64,000 bases of DNA. Source: Podarcis melisellensis (lineage: Eukaryota). This document shows, piece after piece, positions 38,420-51,255 of this stretch. Location: NCBI GenBank assembly GCA_964234715.1, contig OZ174279.1. One strand, written 5' to 3'. The notes beneath the pieces were generated by a model. That model saw nothing but the letters and a program-made list of their open reading frames with translations. It was not told where the DNA came from and did no database searches. Each line of letters begins with the position of its first letter. The first letter of the stretch is position 1. A program made the translations under genes and the position numbers.

Positions 38420-39230
38420 TAAGCAACCCCATCTCTCCCCCCTCAGCGAAAGCGACACGAGGGGAAAAGCTCCCCCGGGCCCTTTCCGTCCGCGGGGAGA
38501 AGAGCCAGAGCGTGCTTCCCACCTGCCTCGGCTGCTCGACGCAGGCGGGCCCGGCGCTTGCGCACTGCGAGGGAGAGCAAGCAAGGCGAGCCGGCGCTGC
38601 TGGGCCTGTTTTCTCGGCACGCGCGCCCGCCCGCCCGCCTGCTCTCCCGCTTCGGTGCTGCTGCACTCCGGGGCCCGCCTGGGGTGGAATCGTCGGGCCG
38701 AGTCAGCCCGGCAGCTTCCTCCGTCGGAGGAGAGAAGCGGGGGCGGACGCTGTCGCGCAGGAGGCTGCCGTGAGTCGGGCAGGGCAGGGCAGGGCAGGGC
38801 GGCCTTGCTGTGTGTTTTCCCGAGGGGGTCCACGCTGTGGTCGGGGGTGGAGAAGCGGAGGAGAAAGCGGGCTTTCTGGGCTGGTAAGGTGGCCGGCGGG
38901 AGAGCGCGGACCTCGGGGTGGAGCGCGGGGCCTGGAAGAGGGGAAGGGGAGGGTCAGCGGAGCCCGGCTGCCTGCGGGAGAGAGTTGGGGCTCTCCGGGG
39001 CCTCGGTCAGGGTGGGGGGTGGGGGTCTGGGCTTCTCTTCAGCCTCCTCGTGACTCACGAAGAGGCAGCGGTGGGCGGAGGGGCAGCGTCGCCAGGAACG
39101 AGCCTTTTGGGGTCTGGTGGGGTTTGACAGCTGCCACTCGCCCCTCTTCCCGAGGGGTGCGTGAGGGAAAAGTGGGGCGCTCCACATGCAGGGCTGCCGA
39201 AACCTCCGGGGGGAACGAACCCTGCTAAAT
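38420..39230 (+). promoter_or_regulatory. HERC4: CpG island / HERC4 promoter and non-coding first exon
   Basis: Abrupt GC- and CpG-rich block about 4 kb upstream of the first coding exon. GC box gggggcgga at ~38739; donor GCC|gtgagt at 38769/38770 and a second donor CTG|gtaagg at 38883/38884. Confidence 0.85.
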
Positions 39231-40834
39231 AATTATATATATGTTTTGAATCCAGTCGCAGGCCTTTTAGATGAAAAAACCGTTGTGTTGAGCAAATGCA
39301 GGATGGTGTCTTTTCGTGACTAAAACACCAGCAGCCTAGAATAGCCCAAGCCTACATACAGGTAGTTGGGTATATCTAAAGTGAAGACAATACAGTACAG
39401 TACTCGGTTAAATATATTTATATTCTTATTTTGTTAATAAATACCCAGCGCTTACTGAGTGACCTTTGCATCATTGGAAGGGACATCTGAAGGCAAGAGC
39501 TTTTCTTTTCTTTTTTACTTCTTAGTGAGCAGTTGGTTAGAAGGCTACCAATACGCTTTTCCTCATACAAGTAAGAAAGAAGTGATAGCAATGTTACGGT
39601 TTATTTATTTGCCACTGTTAGTGCAAAGGTTACCAGAGCTGTGAACTGCATAGTAAATTCAAATTAAATATACTTTAAAAGTACAGTAATTCAAAATAAG
39701 ATAATACAGAAAACTCCCAAAATACCCATCTAGATGGGAATCCTAGTTAGCATTGCTGCAGAAGTACTGAGGGCTTCTGTATTGAAATGAAAGCTGAAAC
39801 TTGAGAGGAGGAGCTTGAAATGAAACTGAGGGCCCAGTTTCACCTCTGTTCAGGGCAATGCTCTGTCAAGGCCCGAAAGAGCTGACCTTACAGAAATTAT
39901 GCACCCCAGCCTTTTATTCAAGTAGGTCCAGTAGTACTCAATGATGCTTACTTCCAAATATGTGTATCTAGGATTGCAACTAAGCTTCTCCTACATCTGG
40001 ATGTTTACTAATGTCAAACTCTGCCAGCTTCACCAAAAATGGGGGGGGGGGGACAAAAGAGCTACTGTAAAGTTGTTGGAGACTTGACTTGAGCCCTGTG
40101 TCAGAAGGTGCTCACTTTTTAATGCTACCTGTCCAAACACATAGCCTTCAGCCAATGCTTAAAAGGTTGACCTAGATAAACTATATAAGCTCAACTGGTT
40201 ACTCAGTGGGTCTCATCATATTCTGTAAGGCTTACTTCCAAGTAAGTGAGCATAATATTGTAGCCACAGTGCTCCTTCATCCAATGATTCTTTTAGCGCA
40301 ACAGTTTCTGTTAACCTAGAAACACAGAGATAGCAAATCATAGCATTTCTCTTCTCCTTCTCCCCATTAGACATGCTTAAGGTATGTTGAGTGGCAAGTG
40401 GGTGTTTTGCAATTTATTTGGTACTACTCAGAGTGGTTTCATAACTGCAGCTGCCAAGTCAGAGTTACACACCCTTTGAAGGGTTAGTTTGGTAAGCCCC
40501 ATCCATGGCTTAGAATATAAATCATGTGTGTGTGCCTTTAACCATACCAAGTAATTTTCATGTTAGAAATAATTTGAATTTTTTAACTTTTATGGTGATG
40601 CAGTAGTTATACATGTGGATCAGGAAATTCTAGCAGACATATACATTAACTCCCTGCTACATTAAGTTGTGAGCTTAATGGAGGTAGGCATAAAGGAGAT
40701 GTGTTTTGGAAGGTGCAATAGTTTGAAAACGGAAGTTGTGGTCCTTTTTAAAAAAAACCATTTTGGAACTTGGCTTTGCACTGTTTTTCATCCAGAGTTG
40801 ACAGAAAGTAGCTTTTGTGTGTAAGTTTACCCTC

Positions 40835-40985
40835 CATATCAATGTGCTCTATGTGGGGCTTCCCTCATGCTTGATCCGGAAGCTGCAGTTAGTGCAGAAT
40901 GCCACAGCATGATTGCTGACAGTAGTGACGCCTTGTCAGCATGTAATACCTGTGCTCAGAGATCTGCCAATTTGCTGCTGGGCAA
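40835..40985 (+). mobile_element. L2 LINE fragment; other L2-like remnants at ~420-545, ~4170-4430, ~33655-33900, ~42000-42330, ~60270-60390
   Basis: aatgtgctctatgtggggcttccc...gaagctgcagttagtgcagaatgcc, typical of the L2 ORF2 C-terminal region. Confidence 0.55.
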
Positions 40986-43378
40986 AGTGCAGAAAGAGTG
41001 GGGCAAAAGATGTGGATAAGCCCTTGGTTTTTAGACATCTGGCGATTTAGAGATATCTAGTGTTCATCCTTTATTAAGTGCATTACTGTGCTTCGTATAA
41101 GTGATGTAGCAACAATGATTCATACTGTAGGTGCTTCTGGAAAGCTCTAGGTTCATACAGTAAATCTTTTCAGAGTTATTGGGTGTATGACTAAAACAAA
41201 CCATTATTCACCTAAATAGAAAGAAATACAGTAAAGCTTTGTCGTATTACGCCTCCCGCGCCCTTTCTAATTCAGAAATTTTTGCTTTTTAATCTTCTAA
41301 TAATAAAAATGTTTATACAACTAAATAGCATGGCAGGACAGCACAGCCCCTGAATTAGTGAGAGAATAAATTGGCTTGATATTGCCATTATAGTGTTCAT
41401 CCTAGTGGATGATAAAGACTTCCTTGTATCTAGTGTTCAAAAATATTGATCTGGTTGTTTAGCCTCGTCATTGTTTCATGTTGATTCATATTGTTTTATG
41501 CCAAATCCTATGAAATGGAACAGTACAAATTCAGCAAAAGAACTTAACTATCAAAGGTGAGCACAAAGAGGAGTGTCTTCTTCAGCATATGGTGAAAGCT
41601 GTACAGTGAAGACCCTAGATGCACCCCTATGGGAAGGAAGTCCATAATTTAGGGGCCACCACAGAGTAAGCCATCTCCCAAGCCGCCACTTCTCACACTT
41701 TTAAGCATGGCAGAGCTACCAAGAGAGCTCCCTCTGCACATCTTAACACCTGAGAAGATGAGTATGGATAGAGGCTGTCTTTCAGATATCTGGATCTAAG
41801 TTGATTAAAAGCAATGGTGAAAATAAATCATAGAAATATGCATAAGCGTACTGAGAGCTATATAGAAAACTCTCTGGATCTGCTTGAGTAACCTTGTGTT
41901 GCTGTGTGCCTGTTCCATTGCACTGAAAGTTGAATAAGCCCTTTTATTTTTTCTGAAGAAGGGTGATATATATTTTCTAGCACATTTTAATCTAATTATT
42001 ATTTTTATTCTTTATTAAATTTCATTCCTGCTGTTTATTTGAAAGTTGCCCAAGGCAGCAATTAACCAAGCAATAAAACAATATAATGAAAATTGAAAGA
42101 CGTGTTTCAAAACATTTAAAAACAATTAGTAGATAAAAAAAAAGTTAAAACCGGTCAAATAGCCTCATATCTAATGATTTCAGGGTTGCCAAGAACTGTT
42201 TCTTTCAGCCACTAAATGCCTGGGTGAACAGGAATGTTTTTCACTTCCTCTTGCATTTTAATAATGAAGAAGACAGGCATACCTAACTGGGGAAGGGTAT
42301 TCCACATATGGGGAACCGCCACTAACATTACACACCCACCCACCCCGCTGCCTGTTGGAGGGCCTGAATGGTTGATACTGGAGGAAGTGAAGATTTACCA
42401 TGCTTTTTCAGCTAGGGGCTCTCTTTAAATTCTATTTTCAGTGATGTTCAAGTAGGGGAAAAAAGTGATTGGGTTTGGAGAAATATGAATTCCCATAACT
42501 TTTACCTAATTATGTTCTTATAACATAGGTTAAATTTGCCGTGATTGGCATGGATGTCTGAAGGCCACTTTTTTACAAGTATGTTCCAGCTCTTGGCAGC
42601 ACCATCTTGAGTGTCTAGTAAGTGTGCCTGGATTTTGTTAACTATTTTGCGGTTTTCAGTCTAAAGCTGCAATCCTCCCAGCTAGGAGTAAATCTCATGG
42701 AACTCAGTGGGATTTACTTATCAAGTAAAACATGCTTAGGATTGGGCTAAATATAATCTTAGGGGTTGACTTAAATGTAAAGACATGGGAGAAAATGTGT
42801 AAAAATGGTGGGGAAGAGAGAACTGTTCTTTTCCAAGTCTCAAATGTCCAGAAAATTTAATCTCCATGCTGAATTTGTACAAAAATTTGCTGAATTCAGC
42901 ACAAAAATTTGTCTTGCACAAAAAAATCCTTTCATATTTGCCGTTGTGGTGCTTTCTATCCTGCTGTCATTACTGGTTTCATAAATAGTTCTGGTTATGC
43001 CTTTTTGCATCTTACTCGCTTGTAAGAGTAACACATAGCAACCACATTTGGCCTGCAATAAATGTTTGCAATTCTGAGATTGAGAGGTCCAAAAATACTA
43101 GCTCTAGCAAAATACTTATTTAAAATTAGATGATTAATATTTTAGAGAACATGTAACAGTCATATTTTCATTTTTCTGCAATAGAATTCTTCTAATGAGA
43201 CGTGAAATTCTTAGTGTATTTATTTGGGCTAATCACAATAATTGAGAGATGAAATTTGTGAATCCTATTATAAATACCAAGTCACCTGTATTTTAGTACT
43301 AACTTATTTTCCACTCCATTACAGTGATGCTGGACGTTTGAATGCTGAAGCTGGCAGATCATTGAGAGGGCTGGCAAC

Positions 43379-43604
43379 ATGTTATGTTGGGGAAATGCCT
43401 CTTTTGGACAGCTTGGATTGGGGGGCATTGATGAAGAAGTTGTCCTAGAACCCAGAAGATGCAACTTTTTCATAAACAAAAAGGTTCGAGATGTAGGCTG
43501 TGGACTAAGACACACTGTGTTTGTCTTGGATGATGGGACTGTGTATACATGTGGATGTAATGATTTAGGACAATTAGGACATGAAAAATCCAGGAAAAGA
43601 CCAG
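43379..43604 (+). CDS. HERC4: HERC4 coding exon 1 (MLCWGNASFGQLGLGG...KSRKRP), RCC1-like domain
   Basis: Acceptor ccattacag| (exon starts 43325), ATG 43379, donor G|gtaagt; 226 nt. Confidence 0.97.
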
Positions 43605-44661
43605 GTAAGTCTTTTACAGTGTTTTACAGTGCCTATTAGATAATCGTATTGCTTTAGGTTCTGTATGTGGGTGCCAGTTATACTTGCAGCAGCAGTTGCT
43701 TAGATTACGGAAGTGTTTCTAGAATTACTAGAGCTTCAAGGACCTGCTCTTTTTTCCCTTCTGACTTTTGTACCACTGCTATTGCGTGAAAGCCTCTATT
43801 TATATGGAACTGAAAACGCAACAAGATAGTTCATTAAGAAATTGTTGGAGATCTGTTTTTTATATTATTTTAAACTGTAGCCCATTCAGAGGCAGTATTT
43901 AAAATATTGTTGACTTTTTATTTTTGTCTGAGAAATTATGTATTAACATTAGTTGATCATTAAGTGTATTATATTTTAAATTCTTAAAGCAGCAGCAGCT
44001 TGATTTCAGTGCTTAGAACCACTGAGGTACTTTTTCTATTTATGCCAATGATACACTAATTGGACTAAACATGAAGTAATTTTTGGTAATACAAAGTGGG
44101 GTCTCTAGAAATAGTTTTATTGAAAATGCTTTAGTCTACAAAACTGCCTAGTCCTCAGTTGCCACTGTGTCTACCTCATGTGCTGCTGCTGATTGATAGC
44201 ACTGTAGTGTTCAACTCTGTTCTAAAATAGAATTCACTAGATAGCTACTAAGGTGCAACTACATATGATTCAGGAGATAGAATCTTCCATTTTTATTGGG
44301 GCTCCCTGAATCGGATAGGGACCATGGCATTGAGAGACAGCATCCAGTTGTGTCACTTTAGTGATTAAAATTACCTCCCCCACCAAAGCAGTTACTTCAG
44401 CCAAGGGTGAAAATATATAGGTAGCATAACTTTTGTTCTTAAGAGAGGAAGAAAAACTACAATCCTTATTAGGCACAGATTAATAGTGAAATGGTTTCCT
44501 ACAAGCCAGTGAATTGTGGCTTGTAGCACCTATGACCTCAGGTAAAGGGGATCTGACATGTTTGTAGGAACACATTTTTGCTAGTTCAGTTGTGCAGTCC
44601 ATCATGGAAATGTTTGGGCAAGAGCGATGTAACATTATGCTGCTTTTTCTCTTGATTACAG

Positions 44662-44821
44662 AGCAGGTGAGTGCCTTGGATGCTCAAAATATTGTAGCTG
44701 TTTCATGTGGAGAAGCCCACACGTTAGCATTAAATGACAGTGGTCAAGTCTATGCTTGGGGTTTTGCTGCAGATGGACAACTTGGCTTGCCTGGAACTGA
44801 GGAGTATACCAGAGTGCCCAG
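44662..44821 (+). CDS. HERC4: HERC4 coding exon 2 (EQVSALDAQNIVAVSCGEAHTLAL...RVPR)
   Basis: ttacag| ... AG|gtaaaa; 160 nt; phase matches; RCC1 repeat. Confidence 0.97.
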
Positions 44822-45334
44822 GTAAAACTAAGTGATAACATAAGGCTTTTTTGGGGGGGGGGGTTAATAAAAAAAACTTTCATCTTAGAAAAATTGTTCC
44901 TTTTGCTTTTGTAAAAAGGGCTTATTGCTTCATCTTTGCATCTTTGTAATTTTTCAAGCTCAAACTAGTATGGCTAGTTTAACAAGTCAACAGTAAACTA
45001 TTAGTAGTTTATGAATCTGGCTTGTTTAAACTAACCATAGATAATGTTAATCCTAGTTCTGGGTGCAGATGATATGGCAAGCTGGGGTTTACTAAAAGTG
45101 AGAGTGGAAGCTTCCAAATGACTCCTGAGCTATGCAGGCAGGAGAGGGTAGCATGTGAGTCCAACACTTCTGCAGCTCATTTACATCACTGAACCATAAT
45201 GTTGCATATGGTCATGATGCCACATAATATTTGAAATGATTAAGATGCATTTTCTGTAAGGAAATAAAGCTTTGTGTTTTTATAGCATTTTGTGCAAAGG
45301 CTGTTCATTTAATTATGTCTTGTTATTCCTACAG

Positions 45335-45411
45335 AAACATAAAAAGCTTGTCAGACATCCAAATAGTGCAGGTTGCCTGCGGTTACTATCATTCCCTTGC
45401 ACTCTCCAAAG
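45335..45411 (+). CDS. HERC4: HERC4 coding exon 3 (NIKSLSDIQIVQVACGYYHSLALSK)
   Basis: cctacag| ... G|gtaata; 77 nt; not in ORF track; phase consistent. Confidence 0.95.
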
Positions 45412-45653
45412 GTAATAAATCTCTGGACTGTCTGCTTGTTTTTCTGTATAAATTTAAAATACTCTTACAATGACAATAGAAAAAACCACACTAAACATTT
45501 CACATCGTAAAATAGCCAGTGTTTGATAGCTTTGAGAGGACAGAAAGAGTAAACAAGTTTTCAGCTTTGCTCATGTTAAGGAAAGGAAATGTGTGTATTA
45601 TGAGCATTTATGTTTGCCACTGATCTCCAAATTCTAAAATGTACAGAGATTCC

Positions 45654-45703
45654 ATGCAATACCTGGAACTATTGAGAATGCAATACCTGGAACTATTGAG
45701 AAT
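45654..45703. repeat. Perfect 24-bp tandem duplication
   Basis: atgcaatacctggaactattgaga x2. Confidence 0.95.
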
Positions 45704-45917
45704 TGGGCTTTATTTGGAAATGTGTGTGTAGACTTGTTGCCTACCCTACTTCTTTAGTGTTTAATTTCAAAAATACCCCTTTCTCTTGGCTGAAAAATTA
45801 TTGCCACCATTTGAATTCTGTTGTGTATGATAGTGGAGTAATTTTAATTGTTAGAGTGACGTACATTCCTACAGTTATTCTTCATCTTAAATGTGTGTCT
45901 TTTCTTTTCTTCAACAG

Positions 45918-46139
45918 GTAGTGAAGTCTTTTCCTGGGGACAGAACAAACATGGTCAACTAGGTTTAGGTTATGAATTCAAAAAGCAGACTTCCCCACAA
46001 CGGATAAAATCTTTGCAAGGGATACCTTTTGCGCAAATTACAGCGGGCGGAGCACATAGCTTTGTGCTTACTCTTTCTGGAGCAGTTTTTGGGTGGGGAC
46101 GCAACAAATTTGGCCAACTTGGTCTTAATGATGAAAATG
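45918..46139 (+). CDS. HERC4: HERC4 coding exon 4 (GSEVFSWGQNKHGQLG...NDEN)
   Basis: tcaacag| ... G|gtaagt; 222 nt. Confidence 0.97.
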
Positions 46140-46604
46140 GTAAGTACACAAAATTTAAAACTATTTTAGTTATGATCAGATAATGTGTGCTTATTTTTGT
46201 AAAACCAAATTATGCTACTCTGCTGAATTGATGCTCAGAGCGTCTGTGTTAACGGATGAGAAATCCACTGAACTGAAACTTGCTGAAAGGAACTGTGGAT
46301 ATCATTGCAGTGCAGTACTACAATAACTTTGAAATGCTTTGCATGCTTTAATTGTAGGAAATAACAGTACTTTCAAAATAGTGAATAAAATACTATATAA
46401 CTTCCAGGCACTTTGCTATTTGTTGCACTGTAGTGCTTCTCTGAACAACACATACTGTGGAATTATAAACCTCAAAGTGCAACAAAACTATTTGTTATGT
46501 AAAACAATAATAGTTTATAAACTAAATCAGTAGTTTATATATATATTTTAATGTAATGTGTTGCAAAGTGTATATTACACTTCCTGATGTATTACAATTT
46601 TCAG

Positions 46605-46696
46605 ATAGATATGTTCCCAATCTTCTAAAGTCACTAAGATCCCAGAAAATTGTTTACATCTCCTGTGGAGAAGATCATACTGCGGCTCTTACAAAG
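46605..46696 (+). CDS. HERC4: HERC4 coding exon 5 (DRYVPNLLKSLRSQKIVYISCGEDHTAALTK)
   Basis: ttttcag| ... AAG|gtactg; 92 nt. Confidence 0.95.
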
Positions 46697-48005
46697 GTAC
46701 TGTAGTAGAAATACTGTATTTCACACTCTTAACTAATTAGTAGATTTGATAGCTTTTCACATGCAGGCTGACTGCTTCAGTAGTGAGGGATTCAGCAGTC
46801 AGTAGGAGAGAAAACATGTTCATGTCACCAGTTGGTCTGCTTTTTTGTAACCCTGCACTGTTGTCAAGAGTGAATGGTTGCCCAATATTGGGTGTGAACT
46901 CCTCCCGCACCAACCCCTTCATCTGAGGGAAGATTCACACATTACAGTTGTACTGAGCCACTAGCTTGGGCAACTTCAGTGAACCTGCCAAGATCACATG
47001 TTGCATTGGCTTGCTCACACCAGCATTTATATAAGCTCGGGGGGCGGGGGGAGAGCTGCTGAAATGTAATGTGTCACTTGCTGCTGACATGCAGAGGAGG
47101 GGAGAAAGAAAGGAGAACTTGTGCTTATTTTCCTTCAGAGCTTTACAAGTTCATGTTTAGAAATATTCCATTGCATTCAGCCTAGCTCTAATAACCATGT
47201 GGGCGGCTGCTCCGCTGATGGATGCCATCTCTCTTGCTAGTGCTGAAGCACAGTTTATAGTCTTGTGTGTGTGTTAATTTAATGCAACATACTTGGGTTT
47301 ATTTACACAGCTGTCATTACATTCAGAATTGGAATATGACATTTACAGTATCTGCAAACAGAAGAATAGTTTATGTTTTTTGTAAACAAATACTGTTTGC
47401 TTTCTCAGTACATAACGTAAAGCTTATATTTAAAAACCTGTGGGATTTAAAATTCAAAATTGAACTCTTGCTTCAGGTAATGTGGAGAAATGCACTTTCT
47501 GTTCTCTTGAGCAATTCTTGCTCTGCAGTTGAAGTCATTTTGAAACAAATAAATATGAAAGTGAAAATAGTAGTCCTACTATATTGGGCAGGGCGCAATG
47601 TCCACTAATAGCATTTTACATTATCTTGTTTATCAGTCTGATATTACCACTAACTTAGGATTTTTTAAAATCAACCATGTGTCTTTAAATTGGAACTCAG
47701 CTAAAGATTACATTTTTTTTGCATGGGTATTTTTTGTTACTTGAAATTAAAAATCAATGGTTTTTTTTAAAAAAAAGTTAATGTGATTTATTTTTGGTGT
47801 ACAGGACTGTCAATTTATTTTATTGTTTATACTCTTACACAGTGAGGATGTTGTGCAGAGACTAAACTATATATATATGAAGATAAGCATGTTTGTAAAG
47901 ACAATTTATTTGTTATATGTGTAGGGCAAATATCTAGTGCTTCTCCACAGTTGTAACTATTATTTTTTGTACATAAAAAGTATTCTAACTTCAAATGTTT
48001 TTTAG

Positions 48006-48136
48006 GAAGGTGGGGTGTTTACTTTTGGAGCTGGAGGCTATGGGCAATTAGGTCATAACTCTACTGGCCATGAGATAAACCCAAGAAAAGTTTTTGAACT
48101 TATGGGGAGCATTGTCACACAGATTGCTTGTGGAAG
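48006..48136 (+). CDS. HERC4: HERC4 coding exon 6 (EGGVFTFGAGGYGQLGHNS...IACGR)
   Basis: ttttag| ... AG|gtaaga; 131 nt. Confidence 0.96.
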
Positions 48137-48555
48137 GTAAGACCACAGAATGGAATAATTTTATGGGGTATTTAGCAACTTGAAAAGTGTAAGAAGTAAG
48201 TTTACCTCTAGGTGCTGTGGAATTCTCAAAATCTTGTTGGGCACCCCAGTTATGCGCCATTACAGTATAAAGAAAACACTGCTGTAAGTTAGATAACACA
48301 TTAGTTTATGCAGCCCGGTGAATTACTTAATTGGATTGGCATGAAGGCTGTTCTATAGGCACAGTAGCCTTCCATCTCAATGCATTACAATTTCCATGCG
48401 GTTTAGAGGCCGCTCCCTCTTAATACCCTGAACAGAACATTGCAACTGTCTTCTCTTAAGTTACTGGGGATAGATAAGTCACATATAGCATATGTAATAT
48501 ACTACAGCATTCTCAGTTTCTTACTTTTTGATTTTCTATTCTTTCTTTGCACTAG

Positions 48556-48716
48556 GCAGCACACATCTGCATTTGTCCCTTCCACTGGAAGAATTTATTC
48601 TTTTGGTCTTGGAGGCAATGGACAGTTGGGCATGGGATCAACCAGTAACAGGAAAAGTCCTTTCCCAGTGAAAGGAAACTGGCTTCCTTATAATGGAGAC
48701 ATCCCACTAAATTCAG
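48556..48716 (+). CDS. HERC4: HERC4 coding exon 7 (QHTSAFVPSTGRIYSFGLGGNGQLG...PLNS)
   Basis: cactag| ... G|gtaata; 161 nt. Confidence 0.96.
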
Positions 48717-49733
48717 GTAATAATGCTTGCTTTAGTTGTATATATATTTTTGGAGTGTTGGGGGGGAATTATTTTAAGAATAGTTATATTGTGATAATGG
48801 GTAGGGGACTGGATTTGTTAGTATTGCATCTATGCCTCATGAGATTTTTATGTTTACTGTAGAAGCAATAAATGCTGCACCAATATGTTGCAAATTGGAA
48901 ACAAGGACCCCTAACATATCATAGTAACTGCTGCAAGAACAACCATTGCCAGGACATGGAAACCGTTACAGTTATTAACTATGAACCAATGATATAATGC
49001 AATTAGGCAATCAGCATTATTGGAAAAGCTGAGAGCAAAATTAAAAGTAGCAAGAAGCCAAAATAAACACGACAGATTTTTGCAGTCTGGTGTGACTTTA
49101 TTGATTACAGAAATAATGAGACATAATGTAGAACAGCACCCATAGTTTACAGCACAGTCTGGTGTGCGTGAAGTACAAGTTTTATTATTTTACCCCCTTC
49201 CCATAAATTCTTATAGTTGTTGATAAAATATACCTTTGACTTTTGATCAGTGATCTAAGCAAATACACATAATAACTAATATTTTTGATATATACACTGA
49301 CACAACTTTGTCAGAAATGTGTATCTGTTTATTGTTGTGTTGTTTTACTTTTAACTTTAATTTTATATAATCACAACATGTTATGCTCTAATGTAAACAA
49401 ATATATATCTCAATGCAACCATGGTAAAGAGTTTAAAGATGAAAATGAATAAAAATCCTTACCCCGCCCCCCAAAATGCACCATTTTCCATACAAGTCAA
49501 CTCTGAATGAACTTGTTGATCTATGAGAGTGCAGAGCAATAACTGTGAATATGATTCAAAAAGGAAGGTTGCTGTGTGTGGTGTAAAATGCTAGTATGCA
49601 GACCTGCTATTGGCAAAAGTTACCTGATGTTCTTGCAAAAGTGGCATCCCTCAGTTTCATTCCTACCTAAATAAAAGACAAATTCTTTTCAAGCTTTCTT
49701 CTTGATGTTAACATCATGCTATTTTAATTATAG

Positions 49734-49810
49734 ATCGTGAAGAATATTATTATGTACATAGGATTTTCTCTGGTGGAGACCAAAGCTTTTCACATTACGT
49801 TACTCTACAG
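49734..49810 (+). CDS. HERC4: HERC4 coding exon 8 (DREEYYYVHRIFSGGDQSFSHYVTLQ)
   Basis: ttatag| ... CAG|gtagtt; 77 nt. Confidence 0.93.
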
Positions 49811-50507
49811 GTAGTTCATCTCGTTTTTAAAATCCATAAGCTGGCTTCTGTGTTAACTCAGTAAAGTGCTTAGAGCTGAATCTGATACCCGGAACTTTGA
49901 CTTTGTATTAGTGTTGCTTTCCATTTGCTTCACTAGAGTATTCGTTAAAATATAGTGCAACTAGTGTAGCTTCAGTTGTGTATTATTGTACCTTAAGATA
50001 AAACTTTTTTTCTATATCTTAAGTGGTCAATATGCTTTCGGATTTGGTGTTAAAGTATCTGAAACTTGTTATTTGTAAGTTGTTTAAGAGAAAATTAAGC
50101 TTCATTTTGTTAGCTGATAAAGCAAAACTCACAGTTCCTAAACAAAGCAATCTTTCCTTTTGAGGATTGGTGTGCATACATAATATTTAGAGTTTTGTGA
50201 CTGAGCCAATCCTTATTTTAAGTTAGGGAAAGCTGTAAACTGGAAGTATGAATTCATAGAAATACAAAGTTTTATTGGAACTGTCTGCATTCTTTAAATA
50301 TAATTTTATAACCGTTTTAAATTTGATGTATTTTTATCTGCTTTGTTTCATCACAGTATATTTTATGTTTTATTCATCACCCTGGATGAAGTGCAGAATA
50401 TAATTTTTTCAAGCATATAAAATAAAAATGCCTTCTATATCACACACAAGATATGAATGTCCATTATGGTGATGTTAGCTTGTTATGTACATCCTTGCTC
50501 TCCACCT

Positions 50508-50647
50508 ATGAGGATGGGAAACTTTTGACCCTTCCAAGTGTTGTGGGACTTTAACTCCCATCATCCCTGACCATTGGCTATGATGGTAGGGGCTGGGGGC
50601 AGCTGGAGTTCAAAAACACCTAAAGGACCACGTGTTCCCCATCCCTG
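50508..50647. mobile_element. hAT-type MITE; related partial copies at ~26637-26736 and ~57045-57137
   Basis: ggatgggaaac...aactcccatcatccctgaccattgg...gttccccatccctg; quasi-palindromic. Confidence 0.65.
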
Positions 50648-51121
50648 TTATATCATATTATTAAAAACGGCGCATTCAGCCTTTAATTTAGATGGATGGA
50701 CCTTGCCCTGAAATGCCCTACTGCAGCAAGGGAAATCTGTGAAGCACTGATGTGAGTGTATTGAACTTAATGAATTAATCTGGGGGTGATAGTTGCATGC
50801 AGGAAAGCATGACTACAGCTGGATTGGGGCCATTATGTATGCTGAGCTCCAATTAGCACTCCTGAAAAAAAGGGAAATTTTAAAACAATTTCTTTAAAAG
50901 CATTTTATATAAATCTTCTCAGATAATATAGAAACCAACCAGCTTCTGTGCATAATGCTTATATGCTACAAGTTCAAAAGCAAAATGTGTGGACTGCTCA
51001 AGAGTAAAGATGAAACAAAGTTGTATGGTGTAGCAACTCTAAATATAGGGAAATTCCTGGAAATTAGCCCTAGTTAATAGGGGGGAATATTTCTATGTAT
51101 AATTTGCCACTCAAAATGTAG

Positions 51122-51255
51122 GATTTGGAACCTCCCGATGACTTCAGATACCCATGTGCTTCGAAGCAAATCTGGACTGTGAATGAAGGCTTCATTCAGA
51201 GGTTGCTGCACTGCTCATCTTCAGGATCAGGGAGGCTCCCTGCAGAGATAGCAAA
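51122..51255 (+). CDS. HERC4: HERC4 coding exon 9 (DLEPPDDFRYPCASKQIWTVNE...RLPAEIAN)
   Basis: aatgtag| ... AA|gtaaga; 134 nt; PPDDFR and KQIWTVNE motifs. Confidence 0.9.

Noticed and set aside
38354-39228. Long overlapping ORFs (238 aa, 159 aa, 132 aa) in the CpG island
   Set aside because: Arg/Gly/Ala/Pro-rich, open on both strands, several without ATG starts; expected from stop-codon depletion in GC-rich DNA, and no domain is recognisable.
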